Assembly: GCA_958009085.1 (NCBI GenBank)
Contig: OY253674.1
Span: 248,001-312,000, forward strand
Source of the DNA: Protoeuglena noctilucae
Lineage: Eukaryota
Reading direction: 5' to 3'
Length of the DNA stretch: 64,000 bases
Below the pieces are notes generated by a model. That model made no database searches and was not told the DNA's origin. It was given only the letters and a program-made list of their open reading frames with translations. Below, piece after piece: positions 1 through 12,200 of the stretch. The position numbers were made by a program, and so were the translations under genes. Within the stretch, counting starts at the first letter, position 1. Each line of letters begins with the position of its first letter.

Positions 1-1783
1 CGCCTCCAGCTCAGCCTTCTCTTGTGTCAACGCCCCAACCCTCGACTCCAGCTCAGCCTTGTCCTGCACGATTCCCTGCATGCTCGCCACGCGGGCCTCC
101 AGGTCTGCGACCCTGGCGCGCCACACCGCGACCTCCTCGTCCCCCGCTTTCTCCCCCGGTGCCCCAGACGAGCTCCTGTCACCCGATTGGAGGTGATCGT
201 GTGCTGCACGCAAGTCCACCTGAGCCCGCGTCAGCTCCTCCTGCAGCACAGCACGATTGCCAGCCCTCAGCATCCCACGGCCATCCACAGCACGATATGC
301 GACTCGCACCCCACGCGCCGCCCGTTTGCTGGGGCTCTCACTGTCTCGCACCCCACGTTCCCCTCGCAGCAAGGTGCGATCACCAATTCGAAACACTGAC
401 ATTCTGACATCCTCATATCCATCTTGGTTACCTGCGCGGTCGCCAGCGCCTTCTGCAGAGACTCGACTTCAGACCGGTGTCGCTTTTGGAAGGAGCTCGA
501 GGACTCATGAGACGCCGCTAAGCGAGCATCCAGTTCCCTGCGACGGCGGCGCAGACGCGGGCGCGGCGTGTGGACAGTGTGCAAGCCACCCCCGTGCGCC
601 ACCCCTCACAGCATCGGCTGGGAATAGCGAGACAGCACCCATGCCCTGGCTGCCTCGCCGCAGATACTGCAAGCCGCCAGCTCTTGTTCTCGTGTCCCGC
701 TCACTTGATCGTCGCTTCCCGAGCCTTGGCCCGATCCTCGGCAGCGTTAGCCTTGGCGGCCGCAGCTGTCGCCTCTCGCCGCGCCCTCTCCGCCTCCTCC
801 CGCACTGCCGCCAGCTGCCCCTCCAACCCCGCACGAACCGCGTCCCGCTCCCGCCGAGCCTGGAGCGCCTCTCTCTCAAGCGCTGCCAGCCGTGACGCAC
901 CCTCGCCCTCGCCCTCACCCCCGCTCTCGCCCACAGATATTAAGTTGCCGACCCCCGCGCTCTCGGACCGCGCCCGCAGCTCCCGCAGCTCCCGCTCACA
1001 TTCCGCCAGGCGCGCCTGCGCCGCACGCAGCGCGTCACCCTCTGATGCGCCACCTCGCCCGCTCGCACCCGCATCCCCCAGCCGCGCCGTCAGCTCGTCG
1101 ATCTGAGCCCTGCAGCGATGGAGACCGACGCTCGAAACAAGACGTCGCGATCAGCAGCGGCGAAGCTTAGAGAGTCCATGCGAGGAGCTCACCTCAGTGA
1201 CAGGACCAGCACCCGGTTGACGCCGTCGTCCGTCCGTCGCACCTCCAAGGCTGCCTGCCGCGCTTGGGACGCGGGATCTGCTCCTCCCAACGTCGGGCGC
1301 CATCCGGCCTGCAGTGCGGCTTTCTCCAGCGCTGCGTTGGCTTCCAGGAGCGTCTCCTTGTCGCGCAGATGTCGCTCCACCAGCGCCGCGAGGTCGCCCT
1401 GGCTCAGCAGCCGGAGGGGTCGGGCGCTCTCCGTGGGGATTTTGACGTACTCTTCTGCGGCCCCCGATGGGCCCGACGCTGCGGGGAGAGGCGCCGGGAG
1501 CGTTCAGCAGAGACGCGCCTTGGCAGATCGCCCGGCGAGTGTCGATGATGCGCAACTCGCCTGGGTTCTGGGATTCCGCCAATCCCCGAGGTAAGGACTC
1601 GCCATCCGACACGACCTGCGCGCACCCCGGGTCCCGCGGCCGTCAGGAGAGGGACGTTAGAGCGCAACAACCTGCGAGGCGGGGCGCCGTGCTCCATCCA
1701 AAGCCAAATCTCACCCCCCTCGCAATCGCTGAAGCCTGTTCAGCCGCTTGCTTGAAGCGGTCTTTCAGCGAGTCCCAATTCAT
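1..1783 (-). CDS. Long coiled-coil protein, possibly golgin-like; spliced, runs off the left edge
   Basis: GCC-ATG at 1783 gives MNWDSLKDRFKQAAEQASAIARG. Later exons give ERHLRDKETLLEANAALEKAALQ, RLAALEREALQARRERDAVRAGLEGQLAAVREEAER and DKAELESRVGALTQEKAELEA, all heptad-rich. Golgin identity is only a guess. Confidence 0.6.
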
Positions 1784-2615
1784 GGCGCCGCAGTCGAGGG
1801 ACGACGATTTACGTCACGCGCCATACCTCGGGGCCGCCATCGTTCAGAGGCGCAACGAGACAGATCGGGAATATGCTCTATGGATGGCTTGGCGAGCTCC
1901 TCGCGTACATCTCACACTTTCACTGGTGTCACGCGCCAGAGAGGCGCAATCTTTGGCCGGGCGGCTTCACCAGCGAGCCGTATGCAATGCTTTCTCAGCC
2001 TCCATCGCACGAGACTCTCCTGGAGCATTCGTGGGCCTGGAGTGAGGCGTCCAAGTGTGCAGGTCGCGTACGTCCAGCTGCACTAGAAGTGCAGACGAGG
2101 TGAGCGGAGCACTCAGACCCAGCCTCAACACGGCGGGGCGCTACAGGGATCACACAGGCACAGGACGCGCGGGCGGGGCGGGGCGAGCTGCGCAGGGCTT
2201 GGGAGGGCAGATCGTCAGCTCGACGTGTGGGGGATCGGCAGGCACGGAGAGTGAGAGTGACTCACTCGCTCTCCATGCTTGTCCAGCTCCCAGCGATCGT
2301 GCTGCCGACCTGCCTTCTTCAGCATGTCTTGCCATGCTCGCTCGAAAACTCTGAGATATCGAGGTTGCCCTCATCACCCGCGGCGGACGACCTTCTGGGC
2401 GCCTGAGCGGCAGAGACGACCTTGGGCTGAGCAATGCTATCGATCCAGGTCATAGTCGGCCGGATCGCGTGGGCGGCACGGCGGCGCGGCAACACCAGCA
2501 CCGCACGTGACGCATCTCGGCCGTTTGCGTCGCGAGCGACCCATTGGCTGCCCCGTCGCTGCCACCATGCGTTTGCATTCAACCAATCTATCCCTTCTCC
2601 CGCAGGGCAGGCTCG

Positions 2616-3342
2616 ATGGCGTGGCGGAGGGCTGCGCGCGCTGCTGTGTCCGTCGTCGCCCTAGCAGGCGCCGCTCTGGCGCAGGACATCCGCCCGGGGA
2701 GGCCCCCGACGTGCTATGAGGTGCCGAACTTCGCTGCCGACTCCCCGCTCTCGTGCGGCGGCAACGCGAGCTGGGAGGCGATCAGGGACTGCGTGCTACG
2801 GACCGTGAACGTGACGACCGTCTCGTGCGACGCGTTCGGCGACCTGTACTGCGGAAACGTGATATTTAAGTGAGGACGTTCCTCGGCGATGTGAGCAAAG
2901 CTCCAACTAAGCCCCTCACGCGCCGCCTGGGCTTCCTTCGCAGAGCAATCGACGCCTTGGGCGCCGACCTTGGCTCCCTTGAGCTCCCCGTGGCGTGCCT
3001 GCCCTCGAACATGTGCCAGGGAGACGCTTCTCAGAACGCATCGTTCAACAGCACCGATACCACGGAGTTTGCCGTCAACCGTGCTGGACAGTGAGCGGCC
3101 ACAAGCCCAGCTACGCTTGTGAGCGCAGCCAGGGAATACCCATGAAGGCCGCACGCATAATCCTTGCTCTGCGCCGCAGGAACTTCACCATCCTCAGCGC
3201 TCGCACGTGCTGCACTGAGGACCTGTGCAACGTACCTTACCCCGCAAACGTCGGCAGACGGCTAGCAGCAACCTCCGCAGCGACTTGGCCCGCGGTCTTC
3301 TCCCTCGCAGCCGTGGCCTTGACGACCCTTGCTATGATATGA
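2616..3342 (+). CDS. Secreted, probably GPI-anchored Cys-rich protein, Ly6/uPAR (three-finger)-like, 187 aa
   Basis: Exons 2616-2869, 2944-3090 and 3180-3342 join in frame across GT-AG introns. Signal peptide, 10 Cys, C-terminal CCTEDLCN, hydrophobic tail. Confidence 0.7.
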
Positions 3343-3580
3343 CGGCGTAGGGGTGGTGAGATAGGCTTGGGTGCAGAGACTGGCGGTGCGGCATCAGAAA
3401 CACGCTGCAGATGATGAGAGCCGGTTCAATTTCAGCTCCTCCATCTGTCAGCGAGAAAGCTCTGGAATCTGTTTCTCTCACACGTGCTCTGAGGCCTGTA
3501 GTAACGAGATCGGCGCAGCGGATTCGTCCAAAACTGGCCTGAGAGAGGGCGGCTGAGCGACCGCCCGCGACCTCGCCGCG

Positions 3581-6500
3581 ATGGCGCAGTGCGGCGTGCT
3601 GATGGTCGCGGAGAAGCCGTCCCTTGCCGCCAGCATCGCGCAGTTCCTCAGCAACGGCCAATGCTCGAGCTACAAGCACATCCTCGGTGCGTGCCGGCGA
3701 AGACGAGCCCAGCCCCAGCCAAGCCCTTAGCGGGCAGGGCTGGAGGAGCGCGGAGTGCGAACGCTAAACCCCGCTGCCTCCGCAGACGTGCACGAATGGA
3801 GCGGGTCGTTTGAGGGGCGACCGGCACGCATCAAGTGCACGTCCGTGGTGGGCCACGTCTTTTCCATTGATTTCCCAAAGGAATTCAACGACTGGACGCG
3901 CACGGATCCGACTCAGCTCTTCGCGGCCAAGACGGTGCGCAACGAAGCCAACCCAAAGGCGCACGTCGTGAAGCACCTCTCCACGGAGGCTCGTGGCTGC
4001 GAATACCTCGTCCTGTGGCTCGACTGCGACCGCGAGGGCGAGAACATCTGCTTCGAGGCGAGGGTTGCCGGGTGCTCTGAGGGTTGCATCGCCTGCTTGC
4101 AGCGTCTCGCACCTCTTGCGAGCGCCGTCGGTAGCTGCACCCACGCCGCAGGTGATGGCCTGCTGCTTGCCTGTTATGTCCAAGCCCTCCCGCGGCCGCC
4201 AAGTCTACCGTGCCAAGTTCTCCGCGATCAGCGCTCCGGAGATCCGCGGGGCTTTCGCCAAGCTGGGAGAGCCGAATCGCTGCGAGGCGCTGGCGGTCGA
4301 TGCGCGGCAAGAGCTGGACCTCAAGGTCGGGGTGTCTTTCACGCGCTTCCAGGCGAGCAGCGATGATGATGACGGGGACCTGTTTCCGGGGTACCCATGC
4401 TGTTTATGCCTCGCTTCTAGGCTAGGGCTCTCGTGGGCCGGGCGCAGGGCAGGGCAGGGAGCAAAGGGTAGCGCAGCCATGTGCGGGCGACTGGTAGGAG
4501 AGCATGTGTTCGTGAGGCCATCTCGCTGTTCGTTCGCAGACGCGGTACTTCCAGGGGAAGTACGGCAACCTCGACGCCACCGTCGTTTCCTACGGGCCGT
4601 GCCAGACGCCCACGCTGCACTTCTGCGTGGAGCGGCACTTGCAGATCCTCGAGTTTCAGAGCGAGGCGTTCTGGGTGGTCAGGCGAGAGCTGTGAATGGC
4701 ATGGGGGGTGGTCAGGCGATCGCCACTAACATGACAAGCCTGACATGGTTGTCTGTATCATGAGTCCAAACCACATCCCACGCACCCCCCCCCCCCCCCC
4801 CCCCCCCCCTGGCTTGCCCTTTGCAGGCCTACGGTGGTGGCGGGCGGGCGGCGCGTGGTGCTGGAGTGGGCCCGCGGTCGTCTGTTCGACAAGAGCGTGG
4901 CGATGTTTTACCAAAAGACGGTGCAGGACGCCAGGCACGTCACGGTCGCGACCGTCAGTGAGGTGCGAGGCGATTGGGGCGGCACGACCTAGCTAAGACC
5001 GGGGCTGCGGTCTGAGTGGGTGGTAGCCACAGCACTGGCTGGAGTGATGGCTGATATGCAAACTGACCTGGGCTTTTCTGTCTGTGGCGCCGGATTTCAC
5101 AACCAATGTCACCCTCGCTCGCCATGCACGGACACGCTCACTTGCACGGCCACCCTCACTCGCTCACCTCCCTCGCCACGACCCTCTGGCCCCGCTCGCC
5201 ATGACCGCAGAAAGAGGAACGCCGGCAGCGCCCGGCCGGCCTCAACACGGTGGAGCTGCTCAAGACGTGCAGCGCGTCGATGGGTCTCGGCCCTCAGCAC
5301 GCCATGTCTATCGCTGAGAGGCTCTACACCCAGGGATACATATCCTACCCCAGGCGAGTGGGCGTGTCGTGATGTGGGCTTCGGGGCAGTGTCGTCATGC
5401 CCCTCGGCTCATCCCCTCCACAACCACTCCTGTCCCAACACACAAACCCAGCAAATCTCCAGCCATCCTTACATAGCGCAGAACAAATCCCCACTCAACA
5501 CACTTTGTACAGCAAACCCCACCATTTGTTGACACCGTATGCAGGACGGAGTCGTCTGCGTACCCCCTTAACTTTGACTTCCAGGAGGTGCTCTTGGCAT
5601 GCATGGGCACGCCCCACCTCAGGGACTACGCCCGGGGCATCGCGGACGAGGGATTCAGCGTCCCTAAGGCGAGTGGCGGGAACGCGATGTGGTAACGTGC
5701 TGAGATGGTTGCTACAGTCGGTGCGACTCGTACCTCGTTGTCGTCCTCAACCCATCTTCATACAAGTACCAGACGACTCTGCTGTGGTCGGTCCGTCACT
5801 GGCGTGGCGCTCGCTGTGAGCTTATCCTTGTTTAGTCACTACGCATTGGTATTGCCGTATCATCATGGCCGCATTCCCGCTGCTGTCGTCGCAGGGTGGC
5901 ACCGACGCGGGCGACCATCCGCCCATCACGCCCGTGCGTGGCGCGTCGGAGTCCGAGCTGGGAGGGGGCGCAGAGTTCCTCATCTATGATTACATCTGCC
6001 GCCACTTCCTCGCCAGCATCAGGTGACTATAAGTGGGGTTACTTGATGCGAATGGGGCCCAGCTGATCTCATCTGCTCATGTGTCTGTCCTCCCCTTCCC
6101 ACCTCTACTTTTCGCCCCTTCCCACCTCCCCTCCCCACCTTGCACCTCCCCAGCTCGGATGCCGTCCTCCGCAAGACCAAGGCGGCCTTTACGTGTGGTG
6201 GCGAGGAGTTCACAGCGACGGGCACGGTGCTCAAGAAGCCGGGGTTCATGGCGGTCATGCCCTGGCGAGAGCCGCTGGGCGACCCACTGCCGCCCTTCTC
6301 GCAAGGGGCGATGCTGGAGCTGGACCAGTGCGAGCTGCACCAGGCGAGTTGCAAAGGGGCATGGAAGTGTCAGGGACTATGATGTGTCCCTGCGAGCTGC
6401 ACCAGGCGAGCTGGGATGTAGTGTGGAAGTGGCAGGGAGCGTGCTGATGCTTGTTGTTGCACGTGGCTAAGCTGCACCCTACCGCTGCCACTCATGCGCC

Positions 6501-8863
6501 CCTGCACCCCACCCCTGCCACTCACACCCCACCCCTACCACTCATGCTGCCCTGCACCCCACCCACCCCCCGCAGGGCCAGACGTCCCCTCCCGGCCACC
6601 TCACCGAATCAGAGCTCATCGGTTTGATGGAGAAGCACGGGATTGGCACGGACGCGTCCATCCCCACCCACATCAACAACATCTGCGAGCGCAACTATGT
6701 GCGGGTGGAGGTGAGGGATGCGCATGCAGTCTCTTTGAGGCATTGGACAGTGTGGCAAGCGTGCGCCAATCCTGTTGATACCACATTAAGTGAACCTTAC
6801 CCCTAATGGTGTCGGCATGGGATGTTGCCGCCCCAAGTGTGCGAACGTTAACTGCGACCCATCATGCTTGCCGGTCCTCACTCCGGGCTTTACCTGCACA
6901 TGCTATGCTCATAGTATGTGATGCACGATCTCACTCTCCCACGTCCCCTCAGGCGGGCCGCACGATGGTCCCAACAGAGCTCGGAGTGGTGCTGATCCGT
7001 GGCTACCAAGCCATCGACCCCGACCTGTGCCTGCCCGGGGTGCGTTCGCACATCGAGAAGCAGATCGACCTGATTGCCACGGGCAAGGCGGACAAGGATA
7101 TGGTGGTGGCGTACGCGCTGGACCAGGTGTGACGGGGTGACAGGGAAAGAGTAGTTACTAACTACTGCTGTGGCAGGGTTGGCGTGGGTGCTGAGAGAGA
7201 GGTGAGAGGGTGAGGTGGCTGGAGTGGCAGGGGTGGCGTGGGTGCGGCTAAGGGTGCAGTGCGAAGGTGGGATAGCAGCGGTGATGGTGCAGCCGGCAAC
7301 ATGACTGCCAACCTCGCCCTCACCCAATCGTCGCTTTTGTCCTATCTCCTCAGTTCCGCCAGAAGTTCCTTTACTTTGTGTCAAAGATTGACAAAATGGA
7401 TCGACTGTTTGAGGCCACGTTCGCCACCATCGCGGACTCCGGCAAGCCCCTGGTGAGGGACAGGGGAGGTGTTGTTAGCGAGAGGGGGGTGGGTGAGCGG
7501 GACAAGGGTGGGTGAACGGGATTTGGGTGGCTGACAGGCAAGTGATGAGCGGCAGTGGATGGTGCTTGAGATGGTTGCAGAGAGCTAGCATCTCTCATCA
7601 GGTCACCTCCCCCCTTGCAGAGCCTGTGCGGCAAGTGCAATCGGTACATGAAGCTCATCAACGTCCGGCCGGTGCGCCTCTTCTGCCCCACGTGCGAGGC
7701 CGTGTACAGCATGCCCCAGGGAGGCGAGATCGAGCTGTACAAGCAGATCAAGTGCCCCCTGGACGGATTCGAACTCGTGCTGTGGTGAGGGCCAGCGGAT
7801 CAGTAGTGCTCGTTGGACAAAGTCGTACTTGCTATGGTGCGCAGCAAGTGGCTCTCTAAATACCTTCAACAGCACCCACCCACATGGAAACATGAACCCT
7901 GGGCACCGCACATCATTGGTGTGGCCCTCACCACGCCCTCGCTCGCAGCTGCATGGGCGGCGCGGACGGCAGGAAGTTCCCCCTGTGCCCGTACTGCTAC
8001 AACCAGCCGCCATTTGAGGATGTGAAGCTCGTGGGACCCAACACCCCGGGCGCGAGGTCGGGGATGCCCTGCACCGTCTGCCCCCACCCCGCGTGCCCCA
8101 ACAGCGCCGTGGCCATGAGCGTGACGGCGTGCGCCGAGTGCGACGAGGTGCGCGCTGTGCATCGAGTAGTCAACAGGGGTCCCTTTGTTGATATCGACTA
8201 CTTTACTTTGTACAGTGCAGCACACTCCAGGCTACCATGTGACCACTGCCCCATTGATTTAATTTCGTGTTTCGTCGCTCTCCCTTCGCAGGGCCAGCTG
8301 GTGCTCGACCCCATCAGCCACCCCCACTGGCGCCTGGACTGCAATCGCTGCGACTTCCTCCTCACCCTGCCACCCGACCTCCACCGCGTCAATATTCTCA
8401 GAGACGAGACGTGCAATGAGTGGTGAGTTTTTTTCAAGAGAGATGGGGGGTGAGGTGCGTGGTTGCACATGCATGTGCGACGATTGGAGTAAGAGAGATG
8501 GGGCAAGGGAGAGGCATGGCAGCATCTGTGCGTGCCCTCCTTTACCGTTCTTGCATCCAAATGTGCTCTGTTCGCTAATAGTGCATGAACCCCTCGCCTG
8601 CATCCCCACATCACTGCAGTGGCAGTCGGATGCTGGAGTTGGACTGGCGCAAGGGCCATGTGCCAGAGAAACTGCAGGGTACCACGACATACAAGACGTG
8701 CGTGGTGTGCGACGAGTGGGTGTTGTCCCTGAGCCAGGCCAAGCACGGCAATATTAGGCCTGTGGGACGGAGGGGGCGGGGACGGGGGCGCGGGCGAGGG
8801 CGGGGCCGGGGGAGGGGCAGGGGGCGGTCCGTCGACCCCAAAATGTCTTTCCGAGATTTCTAG
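3581..8863 (+). CDS. TOP3B: DNA topoisomerase III beta (about 16 exons)
   Basis: [44 protein letters not shown] (catalytic Tyr), [20 protein letters not shown]-terminal Zn ribbons, RGRGRG tail ending DPKMSFRDF. Confidence 0.95.
4785..4809. repeat. Poly-C tract (25 nt) in a TOP3B intron
   Basis: Seen directly in the sequence. Confidence 0.9.
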
Positions 8864-9213
8864 CAAGTTCATGTTGCTGCTGCTTTGCGTCTCAGCTCCT
8901 TGGGTCCCCAAACTGCGCTGAGAGTGACGGTCTCTACACTACCCAAGCCACCCCGCACATCATTGATAGCAAGCACTGTTGTGTTGGTGTTGCTTCCACG
9001 CTCATCTGGCTCATGCTCTCCGGACTCTCGATAGAAGCGGCGCAAAACGCTGTCTTTTTGCTTTTACTCTATCAGTCACGCTCCCCGTCCTAGCCGCTTG
9101 TTGGCAGGTGCGCACTGTTCAAGATAGTCACGCCGGCCGCGCTCGCTCCTGACAGGGGATTGAACAAGTACCTAGGAATCAATAGGCCTCCTAGCTCATC
9201 GAATTCGCGTGCA

Positions 9214-12200
9214 CTACTCAACATGCAATGTGATGCCCAGCACCTCGTCTGCCCTCGTGCCCACCACTCCCTCCACCCTGACCCCTCTAGTCCCCCTACC
9301 AACCGCGCCCGCCTCTCCGAGCTCAGCCCGCCCACCGTTGCCACCCCCGCTCGTCACGCACAACCCACTCGCGCTCTCGCTGGGCAAGCGGACGCACGAC
9401 ACGCACGACGCATGCACGGCCCAGATCTGTTGACGCCCTCCCGGCCTGTCTGTCATGATCCCCGACACCTGTTGCATGATGGCGTCACCAATACCCTCTC
9501 CATCTATGCCATCCCCGTTTGCGACTGCACCCTGGCCCTCCCGCCCGAGCACCTCTGCTCCCCGGACCACCGAGGATGGCATATAACCCCCTCCCTCCAC
9601 CGACACTCGGTACAAGGCGAGCAGCCCCGCCTCGAACGTCACCCCGACCAGGGCGGAACCTGAACCTAACTCAGGGCCCGCACCGCCACTGTCGTGCCTT
9701 TCTGACACCACCAGCGCCAGTTCCCTAGACATGGTCGCTGGGAGCGCAGGGCTGGTATTGTGGTCAGGTGCTAACACAGGGCCGTCGGGACCACTGGTGA
9801 CCGTGGGCGCGTCGGCGGTGGCTGGGGATGGGTCCAAGGGGTGGGCCGCCACAGCCAAGATGTTACCAGTAGCTGCGTCGATTGCCAGCAGCCGCCCAAT
9901 CGCCGTGAGGACGAGCACGAGCGGCGGGAGGGGCGGCGGCAGCGCCGCCAGCCTCGCAAAGACCTTGCCGTGTACTGACGGCGCGGTCGTGCGCCAGATT
10001 GCCGTGCCAGTGGAGGCGTCCACGGCTGCCGCCGCACCCTCCACGCCGCAGAAAACGGCCAAAGTCCGCGCGGCGGTGCCGGAACCGGGGTCAGCGGCGA
10101 TTGGCACGAGCACGGGCGTGGCGAAGACAGGCTCTGCAAAAAGGCCTTGCGCGGTCCACGCGACCGCCAGTGCCGGCTTCCCCGGATCGCTGTCGTCGAG
10201 CTGCAGGCCCACGGCGGCGCCGCGGAGGGTCCGCAGCACCGCGACGACGGTCCCGGCCTGGTCTGCAGGCACTGCGGCAGGCACGCACGCGACCCCCTCC
10301 CCAAGGTCCACCCCATGCAGCCGCCGCACCGCCCCAGAGTCCTCCCGAACTTTGAAAAGAGCCATATCACCGCGAAAGCTGCCCACCAGGAGCAGCTTGG
10401 ACGGAACAGCACCCGGGTGATGCGTCCCGGTCTTGCAGAGCGCGACTGGCGCAGTGCCCACGCCCTCCGCGACCCGCGAGCTGCTGTGCGTCCGCCCCGT
10501 CGCCGCGTCGAACAAATGCAGCACGCCGCCGTGCGTGACTGCGGCAACCAAGGCCTCCGGGCGCCCCGCTTTGCCCTCAGGCCCCGCCAGCCGCACCACA
10601 CACGTGCGCGCCAGCACACGCTCCCCCACATTCCGCCTCCAGATGACAGATCCGGGGGGGTAGCGCGTCCCCGCAAACGCCCCCGCCAGGTGCCCACGAT
10701 TGCCCGGCTCACGGCAGCCGCCCCCGTCGTCAACGGCGGTGCACCCCCCATGTGCGCAGATCAGTGCCACGTCCCCACCGTGCGATCCCATGATCACGCC
10801 GATTCCCGCATGCTTGCCGGGAGGGTCGCACATGCACGCCCCGTGTGTCTCGCCGACCCGAACCTCAGCCAAGCAGTCCAGGCAAAGGGCCGTTGGAGTC
10901 GTGTCCACGCAGTCGCGCAGTGGGACCCGCCAGGACCGCTGGGCGGGCGCAACACGACTCATCGCCGATAGATCAGGTGCCGGCGTCGCGGGAGCATCGC
11001 GTGCGCTGTCGAGGAGCGTCGCTGCTGCGGTGTCACCAGCTGCGCTGGTTGCCCCTGACACGAGCGCGGTGGCAGCACGCGCCAGCGCTCTTGCCGTGGG
11101 ATGTGCCAGAACAAGAGCCTCGGGAATGCCAAGGATGGCGGCGACGCGTGTGACGGTCGTCGAGTCAGCCCCGGCAGAGAAGAGGTCAGTGATAGGTTCC
11201 ATTCTGGCAAACCCCGTCGCCTGCGCAAACACCGCCAGGGCCTCTGCCTCGCCCAGTGGCACCCTGCGCGTCACTCCCGGTCGCGCTGCTGAGGGCCCTT
11301 GGCTGTCGTTGACTTTAGCAGCAGGGCGGGCGTCGCTCGCGTTCTGGCGTGTCTCTGACGCACCCACGGGGCGGCCCAGAGCACCCTGGGCAGGCAGAGG
11401 GAAAGGCAAGCATGTCAATAAGTGCGAGCGTCGTCATCGCGCCGCGTGGCGTGCGCGCAGAATGGCGCATGTCACCTGCGCGGCGGTGGTGAGCATAGCC
11501 CGGACGGTGCGTCGATCAACCTTGCCACTGGGGCCCACAGGCAGAGCTCCTTCCACTCTCATGACCACGAGCGGCGCCCCCGCCGCCGGGACCCGCGCCG
11601 CCACGCGCGCCGCCAGCGCCTCTGCCCAAGGCTCGCCCGAAGCATCGATCAAGGCAAACTGCCCTGCCGGCGCCCCGCCCTCGCCGGCGGCCCCCATGTG
11701 CACCGCCACCGCCACTCCCACACACCCGAGCCCGGCTGAGCGACTCCCTGCCTGCCTATCACCCCCGGCGCCTGCCTGCGGCCTCGAAACCTCGCGCCCT
11801 GCACCCATCTGCCCTCCCATCGCATCGCCATCTCCCACACCAAGCACTGGTCCCTGAGCAGCGCCGCTCAGCCCGACAGCCACGCACTGTATCGCTTCTG
11901 TCGCCTTCCAGCCAAGCTGCACCTCCCGGCTGGCTGATGCTTCGACATCATCGCCACCCATTGCAATGGCCGCCTGACCCTCGACGTCAGTCAGAGAGAC
12001 GGTCGTTCCCCGCACTTTGATCACGTCGTCGCAGCGGCCCAGGACGGTGAGCTCCAGCTCCTGTTGGCCCTCGCTTTGCGTCGATTCGCGTCCCCATATA
12101 CCGAGGTCGCCGGTGACGTAACCACGGTGCGTTGCCTGCAGGTACTTGAACCAAGCTGTTGCCATCACCCATTGCTAGGCGTGTACTCGCTGACTGTGCA

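Noticed and set aside
1..62. Direct repeat ctccagctcagcctt at 4 and 46
   Set aside because: It encodes a 14-aa coiled-coil periodicity (KAELE) on the minus strand.
4785..4809. Poly-C run as a functional element
   Set aside because: Intronic homopolymer with no supporting context, and its length is unreliable in assemblies.
8767..8827. G-rich RGRGRG tract as a novel repeat
   Set aside because: This is the expected RG/RGG tail of TOP3B.
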